A DNA stretch of 64,000 nt. It comes from Candidatus Rokuibacteriota bacterium. GTDB taxonomy: Bacteria; Methylomirabilota; Methylomirabilia; Rokubacteriales; CSP1-6. The position numbers and the translations under genes are program-made. The DNA lies in assembly GCA_003221515.1 (NCBI GenBank), contig QHSI01000133.1, positions 3,530-67,529 on the forward strand. Reading direction: 5' to 3'. Shown one piece after another: positions 17,751-27,387 of the stretch (positions are counted from its first letter, which is position 1; the number at the start of each line of letters is the position of its first letter). Under the pieces are notes generated by a model. That model was not told the DNA's origin, made no database searches, and was given only the letters and a program-made list of their open reading frames with translations.

Positions 17751-19075
17751 ACGGCCACCGGGGTCTCCCCGGGCGCCTTCGATGGGCGCCCCAGCACGGT
17801 TTCGGGAAGCAGCGTGCTCGTGGTTTTCGCCGCGATGAACGCCGGCTTGACGTCGAACGGATTCTTCTTGAGGTACGCCTTCCAGCGCCCGAGGCTGACG
17901 CCGGACTGCACGAGGCCCTTGAGCATCCCCACGTCATTGACGGTCCAGATGTCGCTCGACCGCCCGAGGATGATCGCGCCGGTCAGCCGGTCGCCCCGCC
18001 AGAGCAGCTTGCGGTAGGCGGGCCGATCCGCCTTGACGCTGCTGGCCGCTTCGGCGCCGGTGTCGTCCCACGCGCCGAAGGAGGCCACGTCGAGGTGGCA
18101 CACCTCCACGATGTTGATGATGAGGCTGCCGCGATACCGCACGTTCTTGCCGGCCATGTTGGCGCCGACGATGCGGCCATGCTCCTGCGCGGTGGGCTCG
18201 ATCGCGTGCACCGCGGCCTTCTGCGAGATCAGGTCGCGGCCCTCGGCGACGTCGCCGGCGGCGTAGACGTTCGGGACGCTCGAACGCAGGTACTCGTCGA
18301 CGACGATGCCCTGGTTGACCTTCACGGGAGAGCCCTTGAGCCACTCGAGATTTGTCTTGATCCCGGTGGCCATGATGACCACGTCGCACACCAGATCGCC
18401 GCCGGCCGCGAACTTGAGCCGCCTTCTGCCCTTCACATCCTCGATGCGCGCGACCTTCGCGCCGGTGCGGACCGCGACGCCGTGCTCCTTGAGCCACGCC
18501 TGGACGAGCGCGGCGCCGGTGTCGTCGATCATGCGCGGCAAGATGCGGGGCGCGATCTCGACGATCGTCAGCTTGGCGCCGAGCGACAGGATCGAGTTCA
18601 GGATCGTGAACGCGATGAAGCCGGCGCCGACCATCACCACGTGGCTGCCCGGCTGGATCTGCGCGATCACGCCGCGGGCCTCGTCGAGCGTCCAGAACGA
18701 ATGCACGCCTCGCCCGTCGGCGCCCGGCACCGGCGCGCGGACCGCCGACGAGCCGGTGGCGATCAGGCAGTCGTCGTAAGGGATCGTGGTGCCGTCGTCG
18801 AGGGTGCACGCGCTCGCGGACGTGTCGAGCGCCGTGACGCGCTTGCCGAGGTGCGCCGTCACGCCCCAGTCGGCGAGCACCTTGCCCGTCGCGGTGAAGA
18901 CATGCGACTCGGCGATCGACCGATCGAGGTAGTACGGCAGGACCATCCGCGAGTACGGCCGCTCGGCACTCACCAGCGTGATCGACGAGCGCTCGGACTC
19001 CTCTTCGCGGATCGTCCGGATGGCGTTCATGCCGGCGGTGCCCCCGCCGATGACCAGGTGTCGGGCGGCCATCAC
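17747..19075 (-). CDS. FAD/NAD-dependent oxidoreductase (AOR-associated flavoprotein)
   Basis: VIGGGTAG; LIATGS; VGAGFIA; VYAAGDVAE; coupled to aor. Confidence 0.9.
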   Translation of the reverse strand: MMAARHLVIGGGTAGMNAIRTIREEESERSSITLVSAERPYSRMVLPYYLDRSIAESHVFTATGKVLADWGVTAHLGKRVTALDTSASACTLDDGTTIPYDDCLIATGSSAVRAPVPGADGRGVHSFWTLDEARGVIAQIQPGSHVVMVGAGFIAFTILNSILSLGAKLTIVEIAPRILPRMIDDTGAALVQAWLKEHGVAVRTGAKVARIEDVKGRRRLKFAAGGDLVCDVVIMATGIKTNLEWLKGSPVKVNQGIVVDEYLRSSVPNVYAAGDVAEGRDLISQKAAVHAIEPTAQEHGRIVGANMAGKNVRYRGSLIINIVEVCHLDVASFGAWDDTGAEAASSVKADRPAYRKLLWRGDRLTGAIILGRSSDIWTVNDVGMLKGLVQSGVSLGRWKAYLKKNPFDVKPAFIAAKTTSTLLPETVLGRPSKAPGETPVAV

Positions 19076-19542
19076 CGGGCCTCCGCCAGGACGCGCGCCG
19101 TCCGCTCGACGGCGAAGTCACCCAGCCAGTCGGCGGTGGCGACGTCCTCGTAGGTGATCGCCGCGGTCGGGCACGCCTCGGCGCACGCCGGGGCGCCGCC
19201 GCAGAGATTGCACTTGAAGGCCTTGCGCGTCGCCGGATCGTAGAACATCGTCCCGTAAGGACAGGCGATCGTGCAGAGCTTGCAGCCGACGCACTTGTCG
19301 TCGAGGACGTCCTTGGCGCCGACCGCGTTGATGGTGATCGCGCCCACCGGGCAAGCGGTCATGCACCATCCTTCCGCGCACTGCGGGCAGGTGTAGGGCG
19401 CATAGGAGGTGTGCCCCTCGAACGGCGAGACGCGGATCACCGACTTGGCGGGTTGGTACTCACCCGTCTGCATGTACGAGCAGGCGAGCTCGCAACGCAA
19501 GCAGCCCGTGCACTTTTCCGGATGGAGTTTGAGAACGCTCAC
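19072..19542 (-). CDS. 4x[4Fe-4S] ferredoxin subunit (AOR-associated)
   Basis: CTGCLRCELAC; CPQC..CMTACP; CVGCKLCTIACP; CNLC..CAEACP. Confidence 0.95.
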   Translation of the reverse strand: MSVLKLHPEKCTGCLRCELACSYMQTGEYQPAKSVIRVSPFEGHTSYAPYTCPQCAEGWCMTACPVGAITINAVGAKDVLDDKCVGCKLCTIACPYGTMFYDPATRKAFKCNLCGGAPACAEACPTAAITYEDVATADWLGDFAVERTARVLAEAR

Positions 19543-19742
19543 CGTTTCTTCCTCTCGTCACGCTTTCGTGGAGTCGAGCCCTCGAGCTGGTCCAGTCCGG
19601 GCGGCCGCGGAGAACCTTGGTCCCATTCGGACAGCGTGCTCAGCATCACGGACGTCGCCACCGCCGCTCCTCTCGCGCGCGCCCGGCTCGGCGTCGCGGT
19701 GCGAGTATAGCAGCCGACATTTCCGATTTGAAGCGCGGGCAA

Positions 19743-20645
19743 TCACACCGGCGCCTGCCCGCTCGATGGCTTCAGGAACACGTAGACGGATGAGAAGTCC
19801 TTGCGGCCCAGGCCGTGAGACGAGGCGAGCCTGAGCACCTGCTGCGCCGCCGGCGCCACCACGACCGGCACGCGCAGGTCGCGCGCCGCGTTCACCGCCA
19901 GCCCGAGATCCTTGGCCATCAGGTCGGTGGTGAAGCCCGGCGCGTAGTCGCGGCTCGAGGGCGCCTTCGCGACCAGACCACCCACCGGATGCATGTGCTC
20001 CATCACCCACGTGTTCCCGGACGACTTCGAGATCACGTCGGTCAGGATCTTCGGATCCACGCCGAACCCCTCCGCGATCCGGAACGCCTCGCTGACCGCG
20101 ACCGCGGCGACGCCGGCGATCAGGTTGTTGCAGAGCTTCGCGACCTCGCCCGAGCCCACCGGCCCGACGTGGATGATGTTGGCGCCCATCGCCGCCAGCA
20201 CCGGCCGCGCTTCATCGACGTCGCGCGGGTCCCCACCGACCATGATCGCCAGCGTGCCGTCTTCGGCGCGAGGCACGCCGCCCGACACGGGCGCGTCGAT
20301 GAATCGCACGCCGCGCTTGCCGGCGGCGTCGGCCACCCGTCGCGAAACGCTCGGATCGATCGTGGACATGTCGATGCAGAGACGACCGGCGACGGCGCCC
20401 TCGAGGACGCCGCCCGAACCGAGGTACGCCGTCTCCACGTGTGAGGACGATGGAAGCATCGTGATCACGAGGTCGCCCTCGCGCGCCGCCGCCGACGACG
20501 ACGACGCCCTGGCGGCGCCGAGCCTGGCGGCGGCGGTGAGCGCATCGTCCACCACGTCGTAGGCGACGACGCCGTGTCCCTTCTTCACGAGGTTCGCGAG
20601 CATCGGCCGGCCCATCGCGCCGGTCCCCACGAATGCGATCTTCAT
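19743..20645 (-). CDS. mmsB: 3-hydroxyisobutyrate dehydrogenase
   Basis: IAFVGTGAMGRPM; DAPVSGG; AKLCNNL; SSGNTW; APSSRDYAPGF..LMAKDL. Confidence 0.85.
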   Translation of the reverse strand: MKIAFVGTGAMGRPMLANLVKKGHGVVAYDVVDDALTAAARLGAARASSSSAAAREGDLVITMLPSSSHVETAYLGSGGVLEGAVAGRLCIDMSTIDPSVSRRVADAAGKRGVRFIDAPVSGGVPRAEDGTLAIMVGGDPRDVDEARPVLAAMGANIIHVGPVGSGEVAKLCNNLIAGVAAVAVSEAFRIAEGFGVDPKILTDVISKSSGNTWVMEHMHPVGGLVAKAPSSRDYAPGFTTDLMAKDLGLAVNAARDLRVPVVVAPAAQQVLRLASSHGLGRKDFSSVYVFLKPSSGQAPV

Positions 20646-20685
20646 CGGCGAATCCCCTTTGTTCATCGCGGCACCGCCTTGTTCA

Positions 20686-20740
20686 TCGCCGCGCCTCGGC
20701 CGGCGGGGCCCCAGCCCCGCGACGGCCTGCAGCGCGCACC
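20686..20740 (+). repeat. Dispersed ~50-bp repeat, copy B
   Basis: TCGCCGCGCCTCGGCCGGCGGGGCCCCAGCCCCGCGACGGCCTGCAGCGCGCACC. Confidence 0.85.
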
Positions 20741-20796
20741 GCCTTCGTCGTTGCGCCGCGTGCTCGATGTCGGCACGCGCGCGCTATGATCGCGAC

Positions 20797-21705
20797 GTGC
20801 GCCGAGCCCGTCAAGCCCCCGCGAGCGCCGGCGGTCTCGCCCTCATCGCGCTCGCCGCGGTCTCGTGGGGGACGAGCGGCTCGGTGATGACGGTGCTGGC
20901 CGCGCGGGCGGCCGCGAGTCCCCTCCTGGTGGGCGTCGCCCGTCTCTGGGTCGCCGCCATTCTGTTGCTGCTCGCCGCGGCCGCGAGTCGCCAATCGCTC
21001 GCCGCGGCAACGGCGGGCGACCGCTGGCGCTGGCTCGCGATGGGCGCGTGCATGGCGGGCTACCAGGCCGCGTACTTCACGGCCGTGACGCTCAGTGGAA
21101 TCACGACCACCGCGCTCGTTGCGATCTGCTCGGCGCCGCTCATCATCGCCGCCCTTGCGCCCTGGCTGCTCGGCGAGCGCCTCACGACGCGCGCGCGTCT
21201 CGCGCTCGGGCTGGGCGTGACGGGCACGGCGCTCCTCGTCTCGGCGCCGGCCACGGTGAGCGACGGATCCGCGCGATTCCTCGCGGGCGCGCTCCTCGCG
21301 CTCATCGCGGGCCTGGCGTACGCGCTCTTCGTGCTGACGGCCAAGGCCGGCCTGGCTCGGACCGCGCCGCTCCCGCTGACCGCGCTCACCTTCGCTGCCG
21401 GCGCTGTGCTCCTCACGCCGGCCCTGCTCTGGACAGACGCACCGGGGCGCCAGCTGGCCATCGGCTGGCCGTGGCTCCTCTATCTGGGCGGCGTCGCGAC
21501 CGCTGGCGCCTACGGCGCCTACACGGTGGGACTGGGACGGGTGCCGGCGTCGATCGCGGGGATCGTGACACTGCTCGAGCCCTTGACCGCGACGATCCTC
21601 GGCGTGGCGCTCTTCGGCGAGAGGCTCGGCGCTCCCGCCGTCGTCGGCGCCGGGCTGCTCGTTGGCGCGCTCGGCCTGCTGCTCAGCGACGGCGAGGCGC
21701 GCTGA
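20797..21705 (+). CDS. EamA/DMT family transporter
   Basis: About 10 hydrophobic helices; AAVSWGTSG; TLLEPLTATILGVALFGERL; TATGAT 6 nt before GTG 20797. Confidence 0.9.
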   Translation: MRRARQAPASAGGLALIALAAVSWGTSGSVMTVLAARAAASPLLVGVARLWVAAILLLLAAAASRQSLAAATAGDRWRWLAMGACMAGYQAAYFTAVTLSGITTTALVAICSAPLIIAALAPWLLGERLTTRARLALGLGVTGTALLVSAPATVSDGSARFLAGALLALIAGLAYALFVLTAKAGLARTAPLPLTALTFAAGAVLLTPALLWTDAPGRQLAIGWPWLLYLGGVATAGAYGAYTVGLGRVPASIAGIVTLLEPLTATILGVALFGERLGAPAVVGAGLLVGALGLLLSDGEAR

Positions 21706-21714
21706 GCGCGAGGG

Positions 21715-23319
21715 TCACAGCGGCTGGATCGGCCGCGTGACCGCGCGACTGAACGTGCAGTTCGGCACGACCGCGGAGTGCTTGCCCGGTCCGCCCGCGA
21801 CGATGACCATGACGTCCTCCGGCGACGGCACCTGCGGCAGGAGCGCGTCGTCGTCGGTGACCGCGTGCATCCAGCGCGGCCAGTCCTGAATGCCCCACAT
21901 GCCGCCGAGCTTCAGCGTTCGAAGCGGCAGGCGCGCGTGCTCGAAGACGAATCGCTGAACGTCCGCCCGGCTGAAGCCGTCACCCGCGATCGTTCGCGCG
22001 TGCTCGGGGCCGAGCACGATCAGCAGCTGACTCTGCGAGAAATACCAGCCCACGTTCGATCCGAGTGAGACGGCGGTGTCGGCGACGGTCGCGAGGATCC
22101 CCGCGGCGGTCGTCGACACGTGATCGTTCACGTTGTGCGGCGGCTCGCCGCCGAACACGGTCACCGCGCGGTCGGCGTGGAGCGGTCCCCACGGCACGTC
22201 ATCGCGCTCGGCGATGCAATACGAAAACTTCGCGGGACTCCCCTGGGTCGCCATGTCGTAACGGCCGGGCCAGGCGCCGCCGACGTTGAGCATGATCAAC
22301 CGGATCGCGCGGCCGATCGTCGCGTTGGCGCGGAAGCCCGGGCCGAAGCAGCCGCTACCCGCGTGCACGCCAAGCTCGTGCGCGGCCGGGCCGTGCACGA
22401 TCAGGAGCGGGGCGACCGGATGGGTCGTCGCCTGGACGCCGTAGAGGTTGAACGAGGGATCGAGCATCGCTTGCACCGCGGCCACGATCACGGGGAAGGA
22501 CGACGGCTCGCAGCCCGCCATCACCGCGTTGACGGCGAGCTTCTCGAGCGTCGCTTGACGCCAGAGCGGCGGCATCGCGCCCAGCGATCGCTGCGCGGCC
22601 GCGCCGCCCAGCATCGTTCGCACCCGCTCCTCGGTCGGTGGCACGATCGGCAACCCGTCGCACCACTCGCGCTCGCAAAACGCGGCCAGAATCGCTTCCG
22701 GTGTATCCAGTGTCTCGAGCGTCTCGGGTAAGATCGGGCGTGCGGAGCCGCGAGGCACCTCTCTCGGGCCACCCTCGGTAGAAGCCGGCCCTGCACCCCG
22801 TATCAGGGCGGCGAGCTGGTCAGTCGCCTGGCGAGCGCGGCGCGAGACTCCGTCGCTGCGCTCGCCGCCGAGCGGGTGCTCCACGAAGACCATGGGCAGG
22901 CCGGTGATGCCGAGGGCGCCGAGCTCGCTCACCGCGAGTCCTCGGAAGGTCGTCGTCCCGATCACACCGGACGGCGTGCCCGCCTTCGCCAGCTCGATGG
23001 CGTCGTGGAGACTCCACGACGTGCAGGACCCTCAGTCAGCCGAGCCGGCGAAGACGACGTCGCAGTCCTTCGCCAGGCCCGCCAGGATCTCCGGGGCGGC
23101 CGGCGTCGAGGCGTTGGCCTTGCGGCGCCGGATCACGGCCTTGACGCCGTGCTCGGCTCGCAGGAACGCACCGATCTCGTCGGCGAGCCGATCGAAATTC
23201 GCTTTCGTGTTGTCGAGGAAGCCGACCGTGCGGCCGGCGAGGGATCCGGGTAACGTCGGTACGCTCAGAGTTTCTCCGACGGTGACGCCGATCGGGCTCA
23301 AGACTCGAATGACGGTCAT
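21715..23319 (-). CDS. UGSC-family selenoprotein fused to a conserved ~340-aa domain (534 aa with UGA read as Sec at 23032-23034)
   Basis: ORFs 23032..23319 and 21715..22965 share a frame and are separated only by TGA: ...FAGSAD-U-GSCTSWSLHDAIEL...; hairpin immediately downstream; C-terminal domain has DGLPIVPPTEERV, KLAVNAVMAGC and RANATIGRAIRL. Confidence 0.88.
23001..23021 (-). promoter_or_regulatory. Bacterial SECIS-like hairpin
   Basis: Minus strand UGA-GGGUCCUGCA-CGUCGUGG-AGUCU-CCACGACG; apical loop 18 nt after UGA with G at loop position 2. Confidence 0.75.
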
Positions 23320-23534
23320 GACGATCTCCGCTTGACGCCAGTTGATCGGGCCAGCAGGCGCCCGAGGTTTTCGTGGAGCTCGGCCAGCACCGTTCGCTTG
23401 ATCGACACCGAGACGGAGTCGACGGGCTCCGTGCTGTCCTCACGATGGATGACGAGCGTGCCGGTGAATCGCTCGGCGCGCTCGTCGGTCGACGCCAGAC
23501 CTCTCAATGTCAGGATTTCCCAGCTTTCCGCCAT
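23316..23534 (-). CDS. Small hypothetical protein (72 aa), coupled to the selenoprotein gene
   Basis: ATGA overlap at 23316-23319; TAAGAT 7 nt before its ATG. Confidence 0.7.
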   Translation of the reverse strand: MAESWEILTLRGLASTDERAERFTGTLVIHREDSTEPVDSVSVSIKRTVLAELHENLGRLLARSTGVKRRSS

Positions 23535-23552
23535 GGGCGCTATCTTACCCTA
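23535..23552. promoter_or_regulatory. Bidirectional leaderless promoter candidate
   Basis: 18-bp gap; plus TATCTT-6 nt-GTG and minus TAAGAT-7 nt-ATG. Confidence 0.6.
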
Positions 23553-24995
23553 GTGGTGATCGCGCTCGACGTCGGGACCTCGTCGGCCCGGGCCGCGCTC
23601 TTCGACGAAAGAGGGCGCCCCCTCCCCGGGCGATCGCATCAGGTGCCCTATTCACCCGCGGTGACGCCCGATGGCGGTGTCGAGCACGACGCGGCGCGAC
23701 TGCTCGACGCGGTCGCTGCGTGCCTCGACGGGGTGCACCCGAATCGGCCGCCCGCCGAGACGCGCGCCGTCGGTGTGACCACGTTCTGGCACGGGCTGCT
23801 CGGATTCGACGCGAGCGGCCGGCCGATCACGCCGGTCTACATGTGGGGCGACACGCGGAGCGCCCGCGACGCGCAGCTGCTCCGCGGGGCACTCGACGAC
23901 GACGCGCTCCACGGACGCACGGGCTGTCATCTGCATTCCTCGTACTGGCCGGCGAAGCTCCGATGGCTCGCGCGCGAGCGCCCGACCGAATCTCGGCGCG
24001 TCGCGCGCTGGGGCTCCTTCGGCGAGTTTCTCGAGCTCGCGCTCTTCGGCGAGGCGACGACGAGCGTCTCGATGGCGTCGGCCACCGGGCTCTTTGATCA
24101 GTCGGCCGGACGCTGGGATGCCGAAGCCCTGGCCGCGGCCGAGATCGACGAGCGGCATCTCTTTCGCCTCGCCGGCCGCGCGGAGCCTCGCCGAGGCCTG
24201 CGAGCGCCCTGGGCAGGGCGATGGCCGGCGTTGAGATCCGCGAGCTGGTTCTCGGCGGTCGGCGACGGCGCGGCCAGCAACGTGGGCTCGGATTGCGTCG
24301 ACCCGACGCGCATCGCGCTCAACGTCGGTACGTCCGCCGCGATGAGAGTCGTGACCCGCGAGCCAGGGGTCCCGCCGCGCGGCCTCTGGCGGTATCGCGT
24401 CGATGGCCGACGCGCCGTGGTCGGCGGCGCGACTTCGGAAGGCGGGAACGTCTATGCCTGGTGTCGCCGAACCCTACAGTTGGCGCCCGACGAGGAGGTC
24501 GAGGCCGCACTCGCCGCGTTGCCGCCGGACGGTCACGGCCTGACTGTGCTCCCGCACCTGGCGGGCGAACGGTCGCCCGGATGGCGCGGCGACCGGCGGG
24601 GAGCGATCGGCGGCCTGCGTTTGGACACGACAGGTGTCGAGATCTTGCGAGCCGCCCTCGAGGCCGTGGCCCTGCGGCTCGCCATGGTCTACGAATTGAT
24701 CGCGCCCTGCGCAGCGGGCGATCACACGATCGTGGCCTCTGGGGCTGCGCTCGGACGCTCTCGCGCCTGGACCCAGATCGTGGCCGACGCCCTCGGACGC
24801 ACCATCACGTGGTCATCGGAGCCCGAAGCCACAAGCCGCGGGGCCGCGCTGCTCACGCTCGAAGCACTCGGCGTGCTGCCGGACCTCGCCACCGCCCGCC
24901 AGCCGCTGGGTGAGGCGTTCACACCCGACCGGGCCCGCCACGCGCGCTACCGCGATGCGCTAGAGCGACAACGCCGCTTCGACGAGAGGGTATGA
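23553..24995 (+). CDS. gntK: Gluconokinase (FGGY carbohydrate kinase)
   Basis: IALDVGTSSARA; TFWHGLLG; SMASATGL; GDGAASNVG; LAGERSPGW; next to pgl and zwf. Confidence 0.85.
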   Translation: MVIALDVGTSSARAALFDERGRPLPGRSHQVPYSPAVTPDGGVEHDAARLLDAVAACLDGVHPNRPPAETRAVGVTTFWHGLLGFDASGRPITPVYMWGDTRSARDAQLLRGALDDDALHGRTGCHLHSSYWPAKLRWLARERPTESRRVARWGSFGEFLELALFGEATTSVSMASATGLFDQSAGRWDAEALAAAEIDERHLFRLAGRAEPRRGLRAPWAGRWPALRSASWFSAVGDGAASNVGSDCVDPTRIALNVGTSAAMRVVTREPGVPPRGLWRYRVDGRRAVVGGATSEGGNVYAWCRRTLQLAPDEEVEAALAALPPDGHGLTVLPHLAGERSPGWRGDRRGAIGGLRLDTTGVEILRAALEAVALRLAMVYELIAPCAAGDHTIVASGAALGRSRAWTQIVADALGRTITWSSEPEATSRGAALLTLEALGVLPDLATARQPLGEAFTPDRARHARYRDALERQRRFDERV

Positions 24996-25002
24996 TCAAC
25001 GT

Positions 25003-25651
25003 ATGGGATCGGATGCCAGCGTAACCATCTGCGCGGATGCAAACGGGCTCGCCGAGGGCGCGGCCCAGCTCGTCGTCGACGCCGCGCACGAGGCGGCCGA
25101 GGCGCGCGGGCGTTTCATGCTCTGTCTGGCCGGCGGCGCGACGCCGCGCGCGACGTATGAACGGCTCGCGCGTCCGCCGCTCAGCGCGCGCATGCCGTGG
25201 GATCGAACGTGGATCTTCTTCGGCGACGAACGCGCCGTGGCGCCGGACGACGACGAATCGAACTATCGAATGGCGCAGGAAGCCCTGCTGTCGCGCGTGC
25301 CGGTGGCGCCGACACGAGTCTTCCGGATGCATGGCGAGGATGGCGACGCGCCACACCGCGTCGCTGTTCCCGAGCTCACCGGTGCTCCGCGAAGTCTTTC
25401 GCTCGGTCGCGGCGGTGCACGTCGCGGCCGCGAAGATCCCTCAGCGGTTGACGCTCACCTTTCCCGTGCTCAACGCGGCGGCGCGTGTCCTGTTCCTGGT
25501 CACCGGCGCAGAGAAGGCGAAGATCCTCAAGAAGGTGCTGGACGAGCGGGCGACGCTGCCCGCCACGATGGTGCGGCCGACGGACGGCGAGCTCATCTGG
25601 CTCGTGGACCGCGCGGCCGCGTCGCTCCTGCAAGTCGGCCAGGCCCGCTAG
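25003..25651 (+). pseudogene. pgl: 6-phosphogluconolactonase with internal deletion and frameshift near 25351
   Basis: Frame 1 LAGGATP..FFGDER..SNYRMA..RMHGE, then a different frame HTASLFP..RLTLTFPVLNAA..TGAEKA; the FDLxLLGxGxDG segment is absent. Confidence 0.85.
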
Positions 25652-25654
25652 CGT

Positions 25655-27145
25655 ATGCCGAGGACCGACGAGCCGTTCGCGCTCGTGATCCTCGGCGCCT
25701 CGGGAGACCTGACGCGCCGCAAGCTCGTGCCCGCGCTCTGGAGCCTCTACGCCGGGCGCACGCTGCCGGAGCCCTTCGCGATCATCGGCAGCGCGCGCAG
25801 CGAGGCGAGCGCCGACGAGTTTCGCCGGCGCATGCGCGCGACCGTCCGCGAGTTCGCGCGCGTAAAGCCGCCGTCCGAGAACGTCTGGGACCGGTTCGCC
25901 TCGGCGCTCTCCTACGTGCCGGGCGATCCGGCCGATCCCGCGCTCTACGCGAAGCTCGAGGCGGCGCTGCGGGAAATGGAGGGCGCCCGTCCGGGCCCCG
26001 CGAACCGCCTCCTCTACTGCGCGACGCCCCCGAGCCTCTACGAGACGATCATCGGCAACCTGGGCGCTTCGGGGCTGGCGCGTCCGCAGGGCGGCTGGAC
26101 GCGCATCATCGTCGAGAAGCCGTTCGGACGCGATTACGAGAGCGCGCGGGCCCTCAACCGCCAGCTCGGCGCCGTCTTCCGCGAGGAGCAGATCTACCGC
26201 ATCGACCACTACCTCGGGAAGGAGACGGTCCAGAACCTGCTCGTGCTCCGATTCGCGAACACGATCTTCGAGCCGTTGTGGAACCGAAACCACGTGGCCG
26301 AGGTGCAGATCACCGTCGCCGAGGCGCTCGGCGTCGAGACGCGCGGCACGTACTACGAAGAGGCCGGCGCGCTCCGCGACATGATGCAGAACCACCTGCT
26401 CCAGCTGCTGTGCCTGCTCGCGATGGAGCCTCCGGTGACGTTTGACGCCGGCCCGGTGCACGACGAGAAGAACAAGGTCATGCACGCGATTCGGCCGATC
26501 GACCCGCGCAAGATCGACGAGGTCGCCCTGCGCGGCCAGTACGGGCCGGGGTTCGTCGAGGGTAAGGCCGTCGTCGGCTACCGGCAGGAGAAAGGCGTCG
26601 CGCCCGATTCGAGGACTGACACCTACGCGGCGTTGCGGCTGCTCGTAGACAACTGGCGCTGGGCGGGCGTGCCGTTCTATCTGCGGACGGGCAAGCGCAT
26701 GGCCAAGCGCGTGAGCGAGATCGCGATCAGGTTCCACCGCACGCCGCACATGATCTTCCATCGCGATCCGTCCGGCGTCGAGCCGAACGAGCTCGTGATT
26801 CGCATCCAGCCCGACGAGGGCATGGCGCTGACGGTCGCCGCGAAGACGCCAGGTCCCGAGCTCAAGCTGGGGACGGTCGGCCTGGACTTCCGCTATGGCG
26901 AGGTGTTCGGCGCCGAGCCGCCCGAAGCCTACGAGCGGCTCCTGCTGGACGCCGTCCACGGCGACTCGACACTGTACGCGCGCGCCGATTGGGTCGAGCA
27001 CGCCTGGTCGCTACTGGGCCCGGTGCTCGATGCGTGGGCGCAGGATTCCGCCGCCCAGCCCTATCGCTACGAAGCGGGCTCCTGGGGACCCGCCGAAGCC
27101 GACGCCTTCATCTCCCGCGACGGCGGCGCCTGGCGCAAACCCTAG
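25655..27145 (+). CDS. zwf: Glucose-6-phosphate 1-dehydrogenase
   Basis: GASGDLTRRKL; EKPFG; RIDHYLGKE; RDMMQNHLLQ; RWAGVPFYLRTGKR. Confidence 0.98.
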   Translation: MPRTDEPFALVILGASGDLTRRKLVPALWSLYAGRTLPEPFAIIGSARSEASADEFRRRMRATVREFARVKPPSENVWDRFASALSYVPGDPADPALYAKLEAALREMEGARPGPANRLLYCATPPSLYETIIGNLGASGLARPQGGWTRIIVEKPFGRDYESARALNRQLGAVFREEQIYRIDHYLGKETVQNLLVLRFANTIFEPLWNRNHVAEVQITVAEALGVETRGTYYEEAGALRDMMQNHLLQLLCLLAMEPPVTFDAGPVHDEKNKVMHAIRPIDPRKIDEVALRGQYGPGFVEGKAVVGYRQEKGVAPDSRTDTYAALRLLVDNWRWAGVPFYLRTGKRMAKRVSEIAIRFHRTPHMIFHRDPSGVEPNELVIRIQPDEGMALTVAAKTPGPELKLGTVGLDFRYGEVFGAEPPEAYERLLLDAVHGDSTLYARADWVEHAWSLLGPVLDAWAQDSAAQPYRYEAGSWGPAEADAFISRDGGAWRKP

Positions 27146-27170
27146 CCAACCTCCAAGCCCGCGACGTGTA

Positions 27171-27378
27171 GCGGTGCGGGGTCGGTTGGCGGTAGCCCCC
27201 CGGCGGCCTGTGTAGTCAGGGTTGTCCCGAGATGAACCCGCACAGATCGAACCTGACGGGTGTTGGCTACCAGGCCGCTGGGGGGCTACCGCCAACCGAC
27301 CCCGCACCGCGGGCGCGAACGCGGCCGGCGACCAGGCCGCTGGGGGCCTACCGCCATCCCGCCCCGGACCGCGGGCGC
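27171..27378. repeat. BIME/REP-like element: ~44-bp inverted pair plus a third direct copy
   Basis: 27171-27215 is the near-perfect reverse complement of 27267-27310; 27331-27378 is a diverged direct copy of the second. Confidence 0.85.
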
Positions 27379-27387
27379 AGACGCGAG

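Noticed and set aside
19543..19697. Moco/tungsten-cofactor riboswitch upstream of the aor operon
   Set aside because: I could not match the conserved elements by eye; an Rfam scan is needed before calling it.
25003..26445. 480-aa ORF suggesting a Pgl-Zwf fusion
   Set aside because: After about 25351 the frame has no Pgl or Zwf similarity; it results from the pgl frameshift.
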